Part shown: piece by piece, positions 43,359 to 52,794 of the stretch | How positions within the stretch are numbered: the first letter of the stretch is position 1 | Layout of the letters: every line of letters begins with the position of its first letter | Source of the DNA: Paraconexibacteraceae bacterium | Lineage (GTDB): Bacteria; Actinomycetota; Thermoleophilia; Solirubrobacterales; Solirubrobacteraceae | Direction: 5' to 3' | NCBI GenBank assembly: GCA_963727365.1 | Contig: CAVSFU010000009.1 | Coordinates: 253,853 to 317,852, forward strand | Length of the DNA stretch: 64,000 nucleotides | Notes under the pieces: generated by a model | The model's input: only the letters and a program-made list of their open reading frames with translations | What the model was told of the DNA's origin: nothing | Databases searched by the model: none | Made by a program: the position numbers and the translations under genes

Positions 43359-45335
43359 GTGACCGCGACAACCGCCAGCACGCGGCCCTTCGGGCTCGCC
43401 GGTGGGCGCCTTCCGCACCCGCGCGAGCTGGCCGGCTGGACGCTCGGGTTCGTCCCGGTCGTCCTACTCGCCTTCCAGGGCGGTGGCTATGACCCGGTCG
43501 TCTCCGGGCAGGCGGGCGTTGCGCTGTGGTGGATCGTCGTGTTCGGCGTCGCGGCCGGTGTTTTGACGGCGCGCTTGTCGCGCGCGAGCCTCGCGGTCGC
43601 CGCGCTGCTGCTGGCGTTCGTCGTCTGGACCGGCCTCTCGGCGACCTGGTCGGAGAGCGCCGAGCGTTCGGTTGCCGAGCTCGGGCGCACGGCGACCTAC
43701 GGCGGTGCGCTGCTGCTGGCGCTGCTGGCCGCCCGTGAGCTGCGCGCGGGCGCGATGCTCGACGGCGTCGCGCTCGGCATCGCGACGGTCGCGGTGCTGT
43801 CGTTCCTGTCGTGGCTGCAGCCGGCGTGGTTTCCGGCCGATGACCTCGCGGTCGTGTTCGCCGACGACCCGCACCGCCTGGCATACCCGCTGAACTACTG
43901 GAACGGCCTGTCGGCGCTGTTGGCGATCGGCGTCCCGTGCCTGCTGCGCGTCTGCGTCTCGGCACGCTGGCTGGCGGCGCGCGCCGCTGCCGGCGCCGTA
44001 CTCCCGCTGTTGCTGTGCGCGATCTACTTCACCGGCTCGCGCGGCGGCGTGCTCGTGCTGGCGACCGCCGTCGTGGTGTGGCTCGTGCTCGCCCCGGCGC
44101 GCTCGGGCCAGCTGCTGATGCTCGCGGCCGTTGCGCTGCCGTCGATCGTGCTCGTCGCCGCTGCGGGCGCCCGCGACGACCTGACCAAGGGCCTCGGCAC
44201 GCCGCTTGCCGTTAACCAGGGCGACGAGCTGCTCGTGATCGCCGTGATCGCCGCCGCCGCGGCGGCGTGCCTCGTCGCTGCCGCGGCGCTCGTCGTTCGC
44301 CACGTGCAGCTGCCGGCGTTCTCACTCGCCGGCAAGCCGTGGGCCCTGGCTGGCATCGCGGTCGTGGCGATCGCGACTGCCGCAGCGGGCGCGTCACCCA
44401 TGCTGGACCGCTGGCGCGAGTTCAAGACGCCGCCTGAGCAGGCGCAGTCCTCAGCGCGCGTCAGCGTCGGCGAGCGGCTCGGCAGCGCCTCGGGCAACGG
44501 CCGCTACCAATCCTGGCAGGCGGCGTGGGCGCAGTTCGAGCACAGGCCACTCGGAGGGACGGGCGCGGGCACGTTCGAGTACTGGTGGGCGCGCAACCCG
44601 AAGACGACCGAGTACATCCGCTCGGCGCACAACCAGTATGTGCAGGCGCTCGGTGAGACCGGCCTCGTGGGCGGCACCCTGTTCGCCGGCGCGCTGCTGG
44701 CGGCCGCGGGCCTAGGCCTCGCGCGCCGCGTGCGCGCCCGCGGCGCACCCGAGCAGGCGACCGCGCTGGCCGCAGCGCTCGCCGGTTTCGCGACGTTCCT
44801 CGTCGCGCTCGGCTACGACTGGGTCTGGGCGATCCCCGTGATCCCGATCACCGCGCTGCTGCTCGCCGCCGTTGCCGTGCAAGGTCGCGAACCCGCCGCA
44901 TCCGCCTCCGTAACGAGACCGACGACGCAGCGCGACCGCGGCTGGCCGTTCGCGCCGCGCTCGTGGTCCTCGGCGCTCGTCGGCGTGGCGGCGGTCTCCG
45001 TGCCGCTGGCCGGCGATCGCGACCTACGCCGCAGCCAGCAGCAGTTCCGCGCGGACCACCCCAGCGCCGCGCTGCGCAGCGCTCGCACCGCGGCGCGCCT
45101 ACAGCCCTACGCGGCCCGGCCGCTGCTGCAGCAGGCACTGATTCTCGAGGCACAGGGCGACGTCGCCACTGCCGTGCCGCTGATCGCGAAAGCGACGCGG
45201 CGCGAGCCGACGAACTGGCGGCTGTGGATCGTGCGCGCGCGCGTGCTCGCCAAGGCCGGCCAGATCGACGCCTCCGTGGCAGCCGCCGCGCAGGCGCGCC
45301 GCCTGAACCGCAACTCCAGCCTCGTCGCCGGATGA
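43359..45335 (+). CDS. O-antigen ligase/polymerase-like (Wzy_C) membrane protein with a C-terminal TPR region.
   Basis: It has many TM segments plus FTGSRGG and the periplasmic loop GNGRYQSWQAAWAQFEHRPLGGTGAGTFEYWW...SAHNQYVQALGETGLVG. The TPR-like tail reads AARLQPYAARPLLQQALILEAQGD. Confidence 0.8.
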   Translation: MTATTASTRPFGLAGGRLPHPRELAGWTLGFVPVVLLAFQGGGYDPVVSGQAGVALWWIVVFGVAAGVLTARLSRASLAVAALLLAFVVWTGLSATWSESAERSVAELGRTATYGGALLLALLAARELRAGAMLDGVALGIATVAVLSFLSWLQPAWFPADDLAVVFADDPHRLAYPLNYWNGLSALLAIGVPCLLRVCVSARWLAARAAAGAVLPLLLCAIYFTGSRGGVLVLATAVVVWLVLAPARSGQLLMLAAVALPSIVLVAAAGARDDLTKGLGTPLAVNQGDELLVIAVIAAAAAACLVAAAALVVRHVQLPAFSLAGKPWALAGIAVVAIATAAAGASPMLDRWREFKTPPEQAQSSARVSVGERLGSASGNGRYQSWQAAWAQFEHRPLGGTGAGTFEYWWARNPKTTEYIRSAHNQYVQALGETGLVGGTLFAGALLAAAGLGLARRVRARGAPEQATALAAALAGFATFLVALGYDWVWAIPVIPITALLLAAVAVQGREPAASASVTRPTTQRDRGWPFAPRSWSSALVGVAAVSVPLAGDRDLRRSQQQFRADHPSAALRSARTAARLQPYAARPLLQQALILEAQGDVATAVPLIAKATRREPTNWRLWIVRARVLAKAGQIDASVAAAAQARRLNRNSSLVAG

Positions 45336-45535
45336 CCGACCCTGAAGCCGAGATCACTCAGCGCCTGACCGACGCGCGCCCTGACCCGCCGATGACGCTG
45401 GCGGCGGAACTGCGTCGGCGGATCGTCGCGACGGCAGTCAGCGTGCCGGGCCGGCCGCCGGATCTATGGGCGCGGGTGGCGCTGCTAGCCGCGTGTGGCC
45501 TTGCGCTGCTCGCCGTCGCGTTGCTGCTCGCCTGA
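45332..45535 (+). CDS. Small single-pass membrane protein (67 aa).
   Basis: It has an ATGA overlap with the ligase stop and reads ...RPPDLWARVALLAACGLALLAVALLLA. It overlaps the 3' tail of the sigma-factor ORF in antisense by about 98 nt. Confidence 0.4.
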   Translation: MTDPEAEITQRLTDARPDPPMTLAAELRRRIVATAVSVPGRPPDLWARVALLAACGLALLAVALLLA

Positions 45536-46030
45536 CGCGCTCGAGCTCAGCGCGCAGGCCGCGCAGCGTGCGCGACAGGATCTGCTGGACGTTGGCCACG
45601 CTGAGGCCGAGCAGCTGCGCCAGCTGCGGCGTCGTCAGGTCGGCCCCGAAGCGCAGCGCGATGATCTCGCGCTCGCGCACCGGCAGGCGCCGCAGCGCAG
45701 CCAGCAGCGCTGGGTCCGAGAAGCCACGCAGCTCGGGCGCGGGCTCTGCCCCCGGGCCGTCGCCCGAGCCGAGCGGCTCGTTGCGCCGGCTCTTGTCGGC
45801 GCGGTAGTGGTCGATCACGAGGTTGCGCGCGATCGCCAGCAGCCACGCCTTCAGCGGCGCGCGCTCGGGGTCGTAGCGCGGCCACGCGCGCAACGCGCGC
45901 TCGAATGTCGTCTGCGTCAGCTCCTCGACGTCGTCGAGGTTCGAGAGCCGGTAAACAGGAAGCCGTGGACGTCGGCAAGGTGCTCGTCGTAGGCGCCCGC
46001 GAAGGTCGGATGGTCGGCGCGGCGGGCCAT
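45438..46030 (-). pseudogene. ECF-type RNA polymerase sigma-70 factor; frame broken near 45955.
   Basis: The sequence MARRADHPTFAGAYDEHLADVHGFL is in one frame. The rest, YRLSNLDDVEELTQTTFERALRAWPRYDPERAPLKAWLLAIARNLVIDHYR ... REREIIALRFGADLTTPQLAQLLGLSVANVQQILSRTLRGLR, is in another. Confidence 0.8.
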
Positions 46031-46086
46031 CGAGACCGGATTAGACTAGCGGCCTCAGGCGTTGCCGGTGACGGGCGCCGGCTCGC

Positions 46087-47145
46087 ATGGACATCCTTCT
46101 CCCGGCTCACTACAGCGTGTTCTCCGGCGGGATCGCGACGCTTGCGCGCGGTCTCTTGCACGCGTTGCCGCGCTACGCCGGCCCCGATGTTCACATCGTC
46201 GTTCCGCCGCTACCACCCCATCGCGGTGCCCTCACGCGGACCGCCACGGCGCGCTCGGCGCTCGCGCGGCTGCGCTACGAGCAGGTCGCGCTCGCACACG
46301 CCGCACGACGCGCCGACAGCGTCCACCTCGTGGACGCGCGACCGTTGGTCGCGTCGCGGACGCCGTTCGTCCTGACCGTCCACGACGTGTCCTACCTCGA
46401 CCATCCCGAGTGGTACCCGCCGGCCGTCGTCCGCTACAAGGCGCTATTGCTGCGCGCGGCGCTGATGCGCCGGCCCGCGGCAATCGTCTTCGACTCGTGC
46501 TTCGGGCGCGACCGCCTGCTGCGTCACCACGGCCGTCTCGCCGGGCGCTCGCGGCTGGCCGTGATCCCGCCCGGCCTCGAGCCGCCGCCGCCGGACGTGG
46601 CGCCGCTGGCCGCGACGCGGCCGTACTTCTTGACCGTCGGCGCGATCGAGCCGCGCCGCAACCACCTCACGCTGCTGCGCGCGTTTCGTCACGCTCGCGC
46701 GCAAGGACTCGAGCTGGACTGGATCATCGCCGGCCCCGCCGGGCACGGATCGGAGCCGATCGTCGCCGGGCTGCGCGGCACCCCCGGCGTCGACCTGCGC
46801 GGCATGGTCACCCAGGAGCAGCTCGAACGGCTCTACCGTGGCGCGCTGTTTCACGCGACGCCGTCGCTGGCCGAGGGCTTCGGCTACCCGCCGCTCGAGG
46901 CGATGGCGCGCGGTGTGCCGGTGCTGTGCTCGCGTGGCTCGGCGCTCGACGAGACCATCGGCGACGCGGGTGTGCGCGTCGACGCGACCGATACGGCCGC
47001 CTGGGCGGCGCAGTTGCAGGCGCTGCAGGACGACGGAGCACTGCGCGAGTCGCTGTCCGCTGGCGGACTCGAGCAGGTCTCACGCTTCGCCTGGCGCGGC
47101 GCCGCCGAGGCCCTGCTGGACCTGCACCGCAGCATCGGTGGGTGA
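46087..47145 (+). CDS. Glycosyltransferase family 4 (GT-B).
   Basis: It reads ...YFLTVGAIEPRRNHLTLLRAF... and PSLAEGFGYPPLEAMARGVPVLCS, the EX7E region. Confidence 0.88.
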   Translation: MDILLPAHYSVFSGGIATLARGLLHALPRYAGPDVHIVVPPLPPHRGALTRTATARSALARLRYEQVALAHAARRADSVHLVDARPLVASRTPFVLTVHDVSYLDHPEWYPPAVVRYKALLLRAALMRRPAAIVFDSCFGRDRLLRHHGRLAGRSRLAVIPPGLEPPPPDVAPLAATRPYFLTVGAIEPRRNHLTLLRAFRHARAQGLELDWIIAGPAGHGSEPIVAGLRGTPGVDLRGMVTQEQLERLYRGALFHATPSLAEGFGYPPLEAMARGVPVLCSRGSALDETIGDAGVRVDATDTAAWAAQLQALQDDGALRESLSAGGLEQVSRFAWRGAAEALLDLHRSIGG

Positions 47146-48283
47146 CCAGCAGCACCGGAGCCTGTATAAACGCGGCTATTCGTCGCGCGCTGAGGATCGG
47201 CCCCCTCGAAATCGATGACACGAGCCCGTGCTTCGTCATCGCCGAGATCGGCCACAACCACCAGGGCTCCGTCGAGACCTGCAAGAAGATGTTCGACGTC
47301 GCCGCCCGCTGTGGCGCCGACGGCGTGAAGCTGCAAAAGCGCGACAACCGCACGCTCTTCACGCGCCGGATGTACGACAAGCCCTACGAGAACGAGAACT
47401 CGTACGGACGCACCTACGGGGAGCATCGCGACTTCCTGGAGTTCGGCCGCGCCGAGTACCTCGCGCTGAAGGAGCACGCGACGCACCTCGGGCTGATCTT
47501 CTTCTCAACCGCGTTCGACGTCTCCAGCGTCGACTTCCTCGAGGAGATCGACCTCCCGGCGTACAAGGTCGCTTCGGCCGACGTCACGAACCTCCCCTTG
47601 CTGCGGCGCCTCGGCCAGACCGGCAGGCCGGTGATCTTCTCGACCGGCGGGGCCCAAATCGAGGACGTGCGCCGCGCCCACGACATCCTCGCGGCCACCA
47701 CCGGCGACATCGCGGTGCTGCAGTGCACGGCCGGCTACCCGGCCGCTTGGGAAGAGCTCGACCTGCGCGTGATCGACACGTACCGGCGGATGTTCCCGAC
47801 ACCGTCGCCGGCCTCTCCAGCCACGACAACGGCATCTCCATGGCCGTCGCCGCCTACACGCTCGGCGCGCGCATCGTCGAAAAGCACTTCACGCTGGACC
47901 GCACGATGCGCGGCACCGATCACAAGTTCTCGCTGGAGCCGCAGGGGCTGACGAAGCTCGTGCGCGACCTCGGGCGCGTGCACGTCGCGCTCGGCGACGG
48001 CACCAAGCGCGTCTACGACAGCGAGATCAAGCCGATCACGAAGATGGCCAAGACGCTCGTCGCGGCGCGCCCGCTCGCGGCCGGCCACGTCGTCAGCGCT
48101 GAGGACATCGCGCTGCGCTCGCCCGGTGGCGGGCTCGACGGACGCCACTACGACGCGTTGATCGGCACGCGGCTGGCGAGGCGACTTGCCGAGGATCAGC
48201 CGTTTCCCACGTCGTTGGTCGAGCCGAGCGCGCGTGACAACGGCGCGCGCAGCGACCTGGCGACGCGCGCTCCGGCGGACTGA
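47142..48283 (+). pseudogene. NeuB-family ulosonic/nonulosonic acid synthase of the animal NANS-like type with a SAF domain; frame broken near 47796.
   Basis: The first segment reads CFVIAEIGHNHQGSVETCKKMF..GADGVKLQKR...YENENSYGRTYGEHRDFLEF...KVASADVTNLPLL. After RMFP there is a -1 shift into DTVAGLSSHDNGISMAVAAYTLGARIVEKHFTLDRTMRGTDHKFSLEP. The GTG at 47142 overlaps the GT4 stop. Confidence 0.85.
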
Positions 48284-48288
48284 CCGGG

Positions 48289-50103
48289 GTGCAGCTGCGC
48301 TACGTCCCAGCCGGCGAGCTCGAGCGCCTGCGCGCGCTTGAGGACCCCGACGAGCGCATCGCCGCACTGGCCGACGCGTGCCGGATCAACACGCTCTACA
48401 TGATCAAGCGCGCGGGCTCAGGCCACATCGGCACGAGCTTCAGCGCGATGGAGATCCTCGTGCTGCTGCACGCCGAGCTGCTGCGCCCCGGCGATCGCGC
48501 GTTCTCCTCCAAGGGCCATGACGCGCCCGGGACCTACGCCGTCCTTGCCGCGACCGGGACGATCGCGCTGGACCGCATCCATACGCTGCGGCGCCTCGGC
48601 GGCCTGCCGGGCCATCCCGACGTCGTCGCAATGCCCGAGATGGTCACGAGCACCGGCTCGCTGGGCATGGGAGTCTCGAAGGCGCGCGGCTTCGTCCTTG
48701 CCGATCGCATGGCCGGGCGCAGCGGACGCGTCTACGTCATCACCGGCGACGGCGAGCTGCAGGAGGGGCAGTTCTGGGAGTCGCTGCAGCCGACCGCCAA
48801 CCGCGGACTCCACGAGATCACGGTGATCGTCGACCACAACAAGCTGCAGTCCGACACGTGGGTCTCACAGGTCTCCGACCTTGGCGACCTCGAGGCGAAG
48901 GCTGCCGCGTTCGGGTGGGCGGTAGCGCGCTGCGATGGCCACGATGTTGGCGCGCTGCGCGCGACGCTGGCGTCGCTGCACGCCGAGGATCGTCCGCAGC
49001 TGCTGATCGCTGACACGGTCAAGGGGCGCGGGGTGTCGTTCATGGAGCCCCGCGAACTGCCTGTCGCCGGCGACGCGCTGTACGGCTTTCACTCCGGCGC
49101 GCCGAGCGACGAGGACTACGAGAACGGAGTGGCGCAGCTGCACGCACGCCTCGGCACGGTCACGCTCGCCGACGCGCCGCCGGCCGACCCGCCGCCCGCG
49201 CCGCCCGCACGCCCGCAGCGGCTCGTCGCGGCGTACGGCGAGGCGCTCGCGCAGGCTGGCGCGCGGCGCGCGGACCTTGTCGCGATGGACGGCGACCTCT
49301 ACCTCGACACGGGACTGATCGCGTTTCGCGCGGCGCATCCGGATCGCTACCTCGAGTGCGGGATCGCCGAGCAGGACATGGTCAGCCAGGCCGGCGCGAT
49401 GGCGCTCGCAGGGCTGCTGCCGGCGGTGCACTCGTTCGCGTGTTTCCTCGCGCCGCGCGCCGACGAGCAGATCTACAACAACGCCAGCGAGGGCACGAAG
49501 GTCCTCTACGCCGGCTCGCTCGCCGGCATCGTTCCTGGCGGCCCGGGTCACTCCCACCAGTCGGTGCGTGACATTGCGATCTTCGGCTCGGTCACCGGGA
49601 TGGCGCTGATCGAGCCGTTCTGCGAGGCAGAGGCGACCAGCGCCGTCGCGTGGGCCGTCGACGAGGCGACCGGACCGGTCTACATCCGCCTTGTCAGCGT
49701 GCCCTGGGATCTCGGCTTCGAGGTTCCTGCGTTGACCTTCGTCGCGGGGCGCGGCAACGTGCTGCGCCCGGGGAGCGATGTGATGTTCGTCACGACAGGA
49801 CCGGTGATGGTCTCGCAGGCGTGGGCGGCGGCCGACCTGCTGGCGGCTGAGGGCACGTCGGCAGGTGTGATCGCGCTGCCGTGGCTGCGCGGCGTCGACG
49901 GCGCGTGGCTTGCGGACGCGGTCGGTGGCGCGGCCGTCGTCACGATCGACAACCACGCCCTCGATGGCGGCCAAGGCGCGGCACTGCCCGCGACGCTGCG
50001 CCTCGGCATCGACCGCGTTCCAGCGTGCGGGCGCAACGACGAGGTGCTGCGCGCACACGGACTCGACGCGGCGGGGATCGCCGAGGCGGTGCGGGCGCTG
50101 TGA
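48289..50103 (+). CDS. Transketolase-family enzyme with fused N- and C-terminal halves.
   Basis: The sequences GSGHIGTSFS, SKGHDAP, TGSLGMGVS, ITGDGELQEGQFWE, IVDHNKLQSD and ECGIAEQDMV are present. Confidence 0.88.
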   Translation: MQLRYVPAGELERLRALEDPDERIAALADACRINTLYMIKRAGSGHIGTSFSAMEILVLLHAELLRPGDRAFSSKGHDAPGTYAVLAATGTIALDRIHTLRRLGGLPGHPDVVAMPEMVTSTGSLGMGVSKARGFVLADRMAGRSGRVYVITGDGELQEGQFWESLQPTANRGLHEITVIVDHNKLQSDTWVSQVSDLGDLEAKAAAFGWAVARCDGHDVGALRATLASLHAEDRPQLLIADTVKGRGVSFMEPRELPVAGDALYGFHSGAPSDEDYENGVAQLHARLGTVTLADAPPADPPPAPPARPQRLVAAYGEALAQAGARRADLVAMDGDLYLDTGLIAFRAAHPDRYLECGIAEQDMVSQAGAMALAGLLPAVHSFACFLAPRADEQIYNNASEGTKVLYAGSLAGIVPGGPGHSHQSVRDIAIFGSVTGMALIEPFCEAEATSAVAWAVDEATGPVYIRLVSVPWDLGFEVPALTFVAGRGNVLRPGSDVMFVTTGPVMVSQAWAAADLLAAEGTSAGVIALPWLRGVDGAWLADAVGGAAVVTIDNHALDGGQGAALPATLRLGIDRVPACGRNDEVLRAHGLDAAGIAEAVRAL

Positions 50104-50537
50104 TCGTCGCGGCCGACGAACTCGCGGGCCTCGCCGGGACGGTGTCGATGGTCGACGGCGGCTTCGATCCGATCCACGACGGCCACGTGCGCTATTTCGC
50201 CGCTGCTGCGGGGCTCGGGCAGCCGCTGCTCTGCAACCTCTCCCCCGACAGCTGGGTGGCCGCCAAGCATCCGCCGCTGTTGACGCAGGATCAACGCGCA
50301 GTCGTCCTCGACGCGTTCCGCGACATCGCCTACGTGCACGTCTCCTCGGGCACGACCGTGGACGTGCTCGACCGGTTGCGGCCGCGATATTACGTCAAGG
50401 GCGCCGACTGGCGTGGGCGTCTCCCCGACGCGGAGCAGGAGCTGTGCGACCGCGTCGGGATCGAGGTCGTCTATCTCGACACCGTCACCAACTCCTCAAC
50501 GGCGCTGCTGAACGAGTTCCTCGCGCGCAACGCATGA
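50100..50537 (+). CDS. Cytidylyltransferase-like nucleotidyltransferase (RfaE domain II/TagD-like).
   Basis: It reads VDGGFDPIHDGHVRYF, an HxGH-type motif, and is about 145 aa. It has a GTGA overlap with the transketolase stop. Confidence 0.75.
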   Translation: MIVAADELAGLAGTVSMVDGGFDPIHDGHVRYFAAAAGLGQPLLCNLSPDSWVAAKHPPLLTQDQRAVVLDAFRDIAYVHVSSGTTVDVLDRLRPRYYVKGADWRGRLPDAEQELCDRVGIEVVYLDTVTNSSTALLNEFLARNA

Positions 50538-51440
50538 TCGACTGCGTCGTCAGCCACCATCTGAACGGCTACGCATCGGGCGTGGCGCGCTTCAACGAGC
50601 TGCTCGCCGAACATCTCGCCGTCCCACTGCTCGGCCTGGCGGATCCCGCGATCGCGCAGCTGCGCCGGCCGCTTCTGTCGTTCAAGGTCTCCGAGCTGGA
50701 TGACGCCGGCGCAGCCACCGTCCGCGCGCTGCTGCGCCGCGTCGACGCCGCAGCTCTACCTGCACAGCTGGGATGACATGCCGCTCGAGCGCGAGCTCGT
50801 CGCCGCCGCGACCCGCGTCTGGGCGGGCAACCTCGCGGTCCGTGCCGCGATCACCGAGCTGCATGACGACGTGCGCAACGCGTGGACGCCCGGCTTGATC
50901 ACCGACTGCCGCGTGATCCCGCCGGCAGAGATCACCGTCTTCTCGTTCGGGATGGCGCACAAGATCCAGACCGATCACTTCCTGCGCCTGCGCGAACTGC
51001 TCGAACGGTCCGGGCGCAGTTACGTCGTGCTCGTCTCGTCGGCGACGCACGCGACGTCCTCACCACGCGAGGACCGCGCGGTCCACGACCGCATGCACGA
51101 GCTCTTCCCCACGCGCCTGTACTTCCTCGGGACGCTCTCGGATCTCGCCGTCTACAACCACCTGCGCGAGGCGACGTACTTCGCCTCGTTCTTCCCCGGC
51201 GGCGTGCGGGCGAACAACACGTCCGTCGCCGCGGCGATGGAGCACGGCGCGGTCGTGATCACCAACCTCGACGAGTTCTCGCCGCCGTCGATGGTTCACA
51301 TGCAGACAGTGATCGACGTGCAACAGGCCGAGGAGCTTCCTGACGACTTGCTGACGCTTCGGCGGATCAGCGCCAACGCGATCGAGGTTGCCCGCACGCG
51401 CAGCTGGGAGCACCTCGCGCTCGAGATGAGGACGCCATGA
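50534..51440 (+). pseudogene. GT-B-like glycosyltransferase-like protein; frame broken near 50740.
   Basis: The sequence MIDCVVSHHLNGYASGVARFNELLAEHL...SELDDAGAATVRALLRR is in one frame. The rest, LYLHSWDDMPLEREL...FFPGGVRANNTSVAAAMEHGAVVITN, is in another. It has an ATGA overlap upstream. Confidence 0.6.
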
Positions 51441-52126
51441 ACGAGGTCATCGCCGAGTACTTCCTCGACCAGGTCACGGCTTTTGAGGAGGCGGTCCACG
51501 CCCAGCAGGCGACCGACGCCGACCACTATGACGAGAGCTACTTCGCCGACTCGTGGCGCGACGACGACAACCGCTACGACCTCGAGACGCGCCGCCGCCT
51601 GGAGGCGCGCAACCCGGCGCTGATCAAGGAGGTCTTCGCGCCCGTGAAGGTCCTCGACGTCGGTTGCGGGCCGGGCTTTCTCATGTACTTCCTCCACGAG
51701 CTCGGGGTCGACGTGCGCGGGATCGACTACGCCGACGCGTCGCTGACGCTCGCTCCGCCGGAGATCCGCGATCGCATCACGATCGCCGAGACCTCGGACT
51801 TCGCGTTCGCCGAGCGCGAGTTCGACCTCGTGATCTGCCGCGAGGTCTTCGAGCACCTCACCGTCCTGCAGGTGCGCGAGTCCGTGCGCCGGATCTGCCA
51901 GGCGTCGTCACGCTTCGTCTACATCACGACCCGCTTTCACCCCGACCCGGCGTCGCTGCTGGATTTCACGACGCAGTTCGACGTCGACCCGACGCACATC
52001 ACGCTGATGTCGAAGGACCTGCTGCGCGTGCTGTTCGTGCTGGAGGGCTTCCGCCGGCGGGCAGACCTCGAGCAGCGGATGGACTGGGCCGGCAAGAACC
52101 GCGTGCTCGTCTACGAGCGCGCCTAA
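51437..52126 (+). CDS. Class I SAM-dependent methyltransferase.
   Basis: It has motif I, VLDVGCGPGFL, and motif II-like DLVICREVFEHL. Confidence 0.85.
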   Translation: MNEVIAEYFLDQVTAFEEAVHAQQATDADHYDESYFADSWRDDDNRYDLETRRRLEARNPALIKEVFAPVKVLDVGCGPGFLMYFLHELGVDVRGIDYADASLTLAPPEIRDRITIAETSDFAFAEREFDLVICREVFEHLTVLQVRESVRRICQASSRFVYITTRFHPDPASLLDFTTQFDVDPTHITLMSKDLLRVLFVLEGFRRRADLEQRMDWAGKNRVLVYERA

Positions 52127-52794
52127 CCGGTCGTCGCGGTCTGCGGCGTCGTGGTCGTCGGCGTCGTCGTCGTCGGCTCCGCGCTCGGCGGCGGTGCACC
52201 GGCGATCGCGTCGAACTGCTGCTGCAGCGCGGTGGCAGACGCGACCGCCTCCGGCGACTCTTGCTTGGCCGCGGGATCGATCTGGCGCTGGCGCCGCGCG
52301 CGCACGACGGCGAACACGGCGTCTGAGAGGAACGAGTCATAGACGATCCTCCACTTGCCTTCGCTGCGGCGGACGATGAACGAGGCGTTGGCGGGCGCGC
52401 CCTCCGGCGCGACGCGCTGGACGAGCAGGATCGTTCCCGTGGGCGTCTTGCGCACGCCGCGTACGCGGAGCTTCGCCTGCGCGTAAGCCGGAGCGGCCTG
52501 CCGCAGCGCGGCGACCAGCACGGTGCGCCCGACAGCCGCGGCGAGGCGCTTGCTGTAGAGGTCGGCCGCGCCCGGTACCGCGCCGAAGCGCAGCAAGCGC
52601 GACATCTCGCGAACGGTCGCCTGCGGCCCGCTGCTTTCGAGCGGACGCCCGAGGTCCTCGGGTTGCTCGGCGGTCGTGCTCGCAGGGCTGGCCTGCTTGG
52701 TCGCCAGCGGATCGGCGTCGTCGTTGTCGCGGCCGCCACAGCCGCCGATCACGAGCGCCGCGAGGACGAGGTGGGTTGCTCGGGTCCGCATCAC
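52123..52794 (-). CDS. Lipoprotein of unknown function.
   Basis: It reads MMRTRATHLVLAALVIGGCGGRDNDD, which contains a lipobox. The C-terminus has a Thr/Pro-rich tail. Confidence 0.65.
   Translation of the reverse strand: MMRTRATHLVLAALVIGGCGGRDNDDADPLATKQASPASTTAEQPEDLGRPLESSGPQATVREMSRLLRFGAVPGAADLYSKRLAAAVGRTVLVAALRQAAPAYAQAKLRVRGVRKTPTGTILLVQRVAPEGAPANASFIVRRSEGKWRIVYDSFLSDAVFAVVRARRQRQIDPAAKQESPEAVASATALQQQFDAIAGAPPPSAEPTTTTPTTTTPQTATTG

Noticed and set aside
45438-45545. The extended C-terminal tail of the ECF sigma factor as a genuine extra domain.
   Set aside because: The sequence (RVRRAATRRRAAQGHTRLAAPPAPIDPAAGPAR) is low-complexity. It lies antisense to a better-looking small membrane ORF. 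I keep it only as an open question in the findings.
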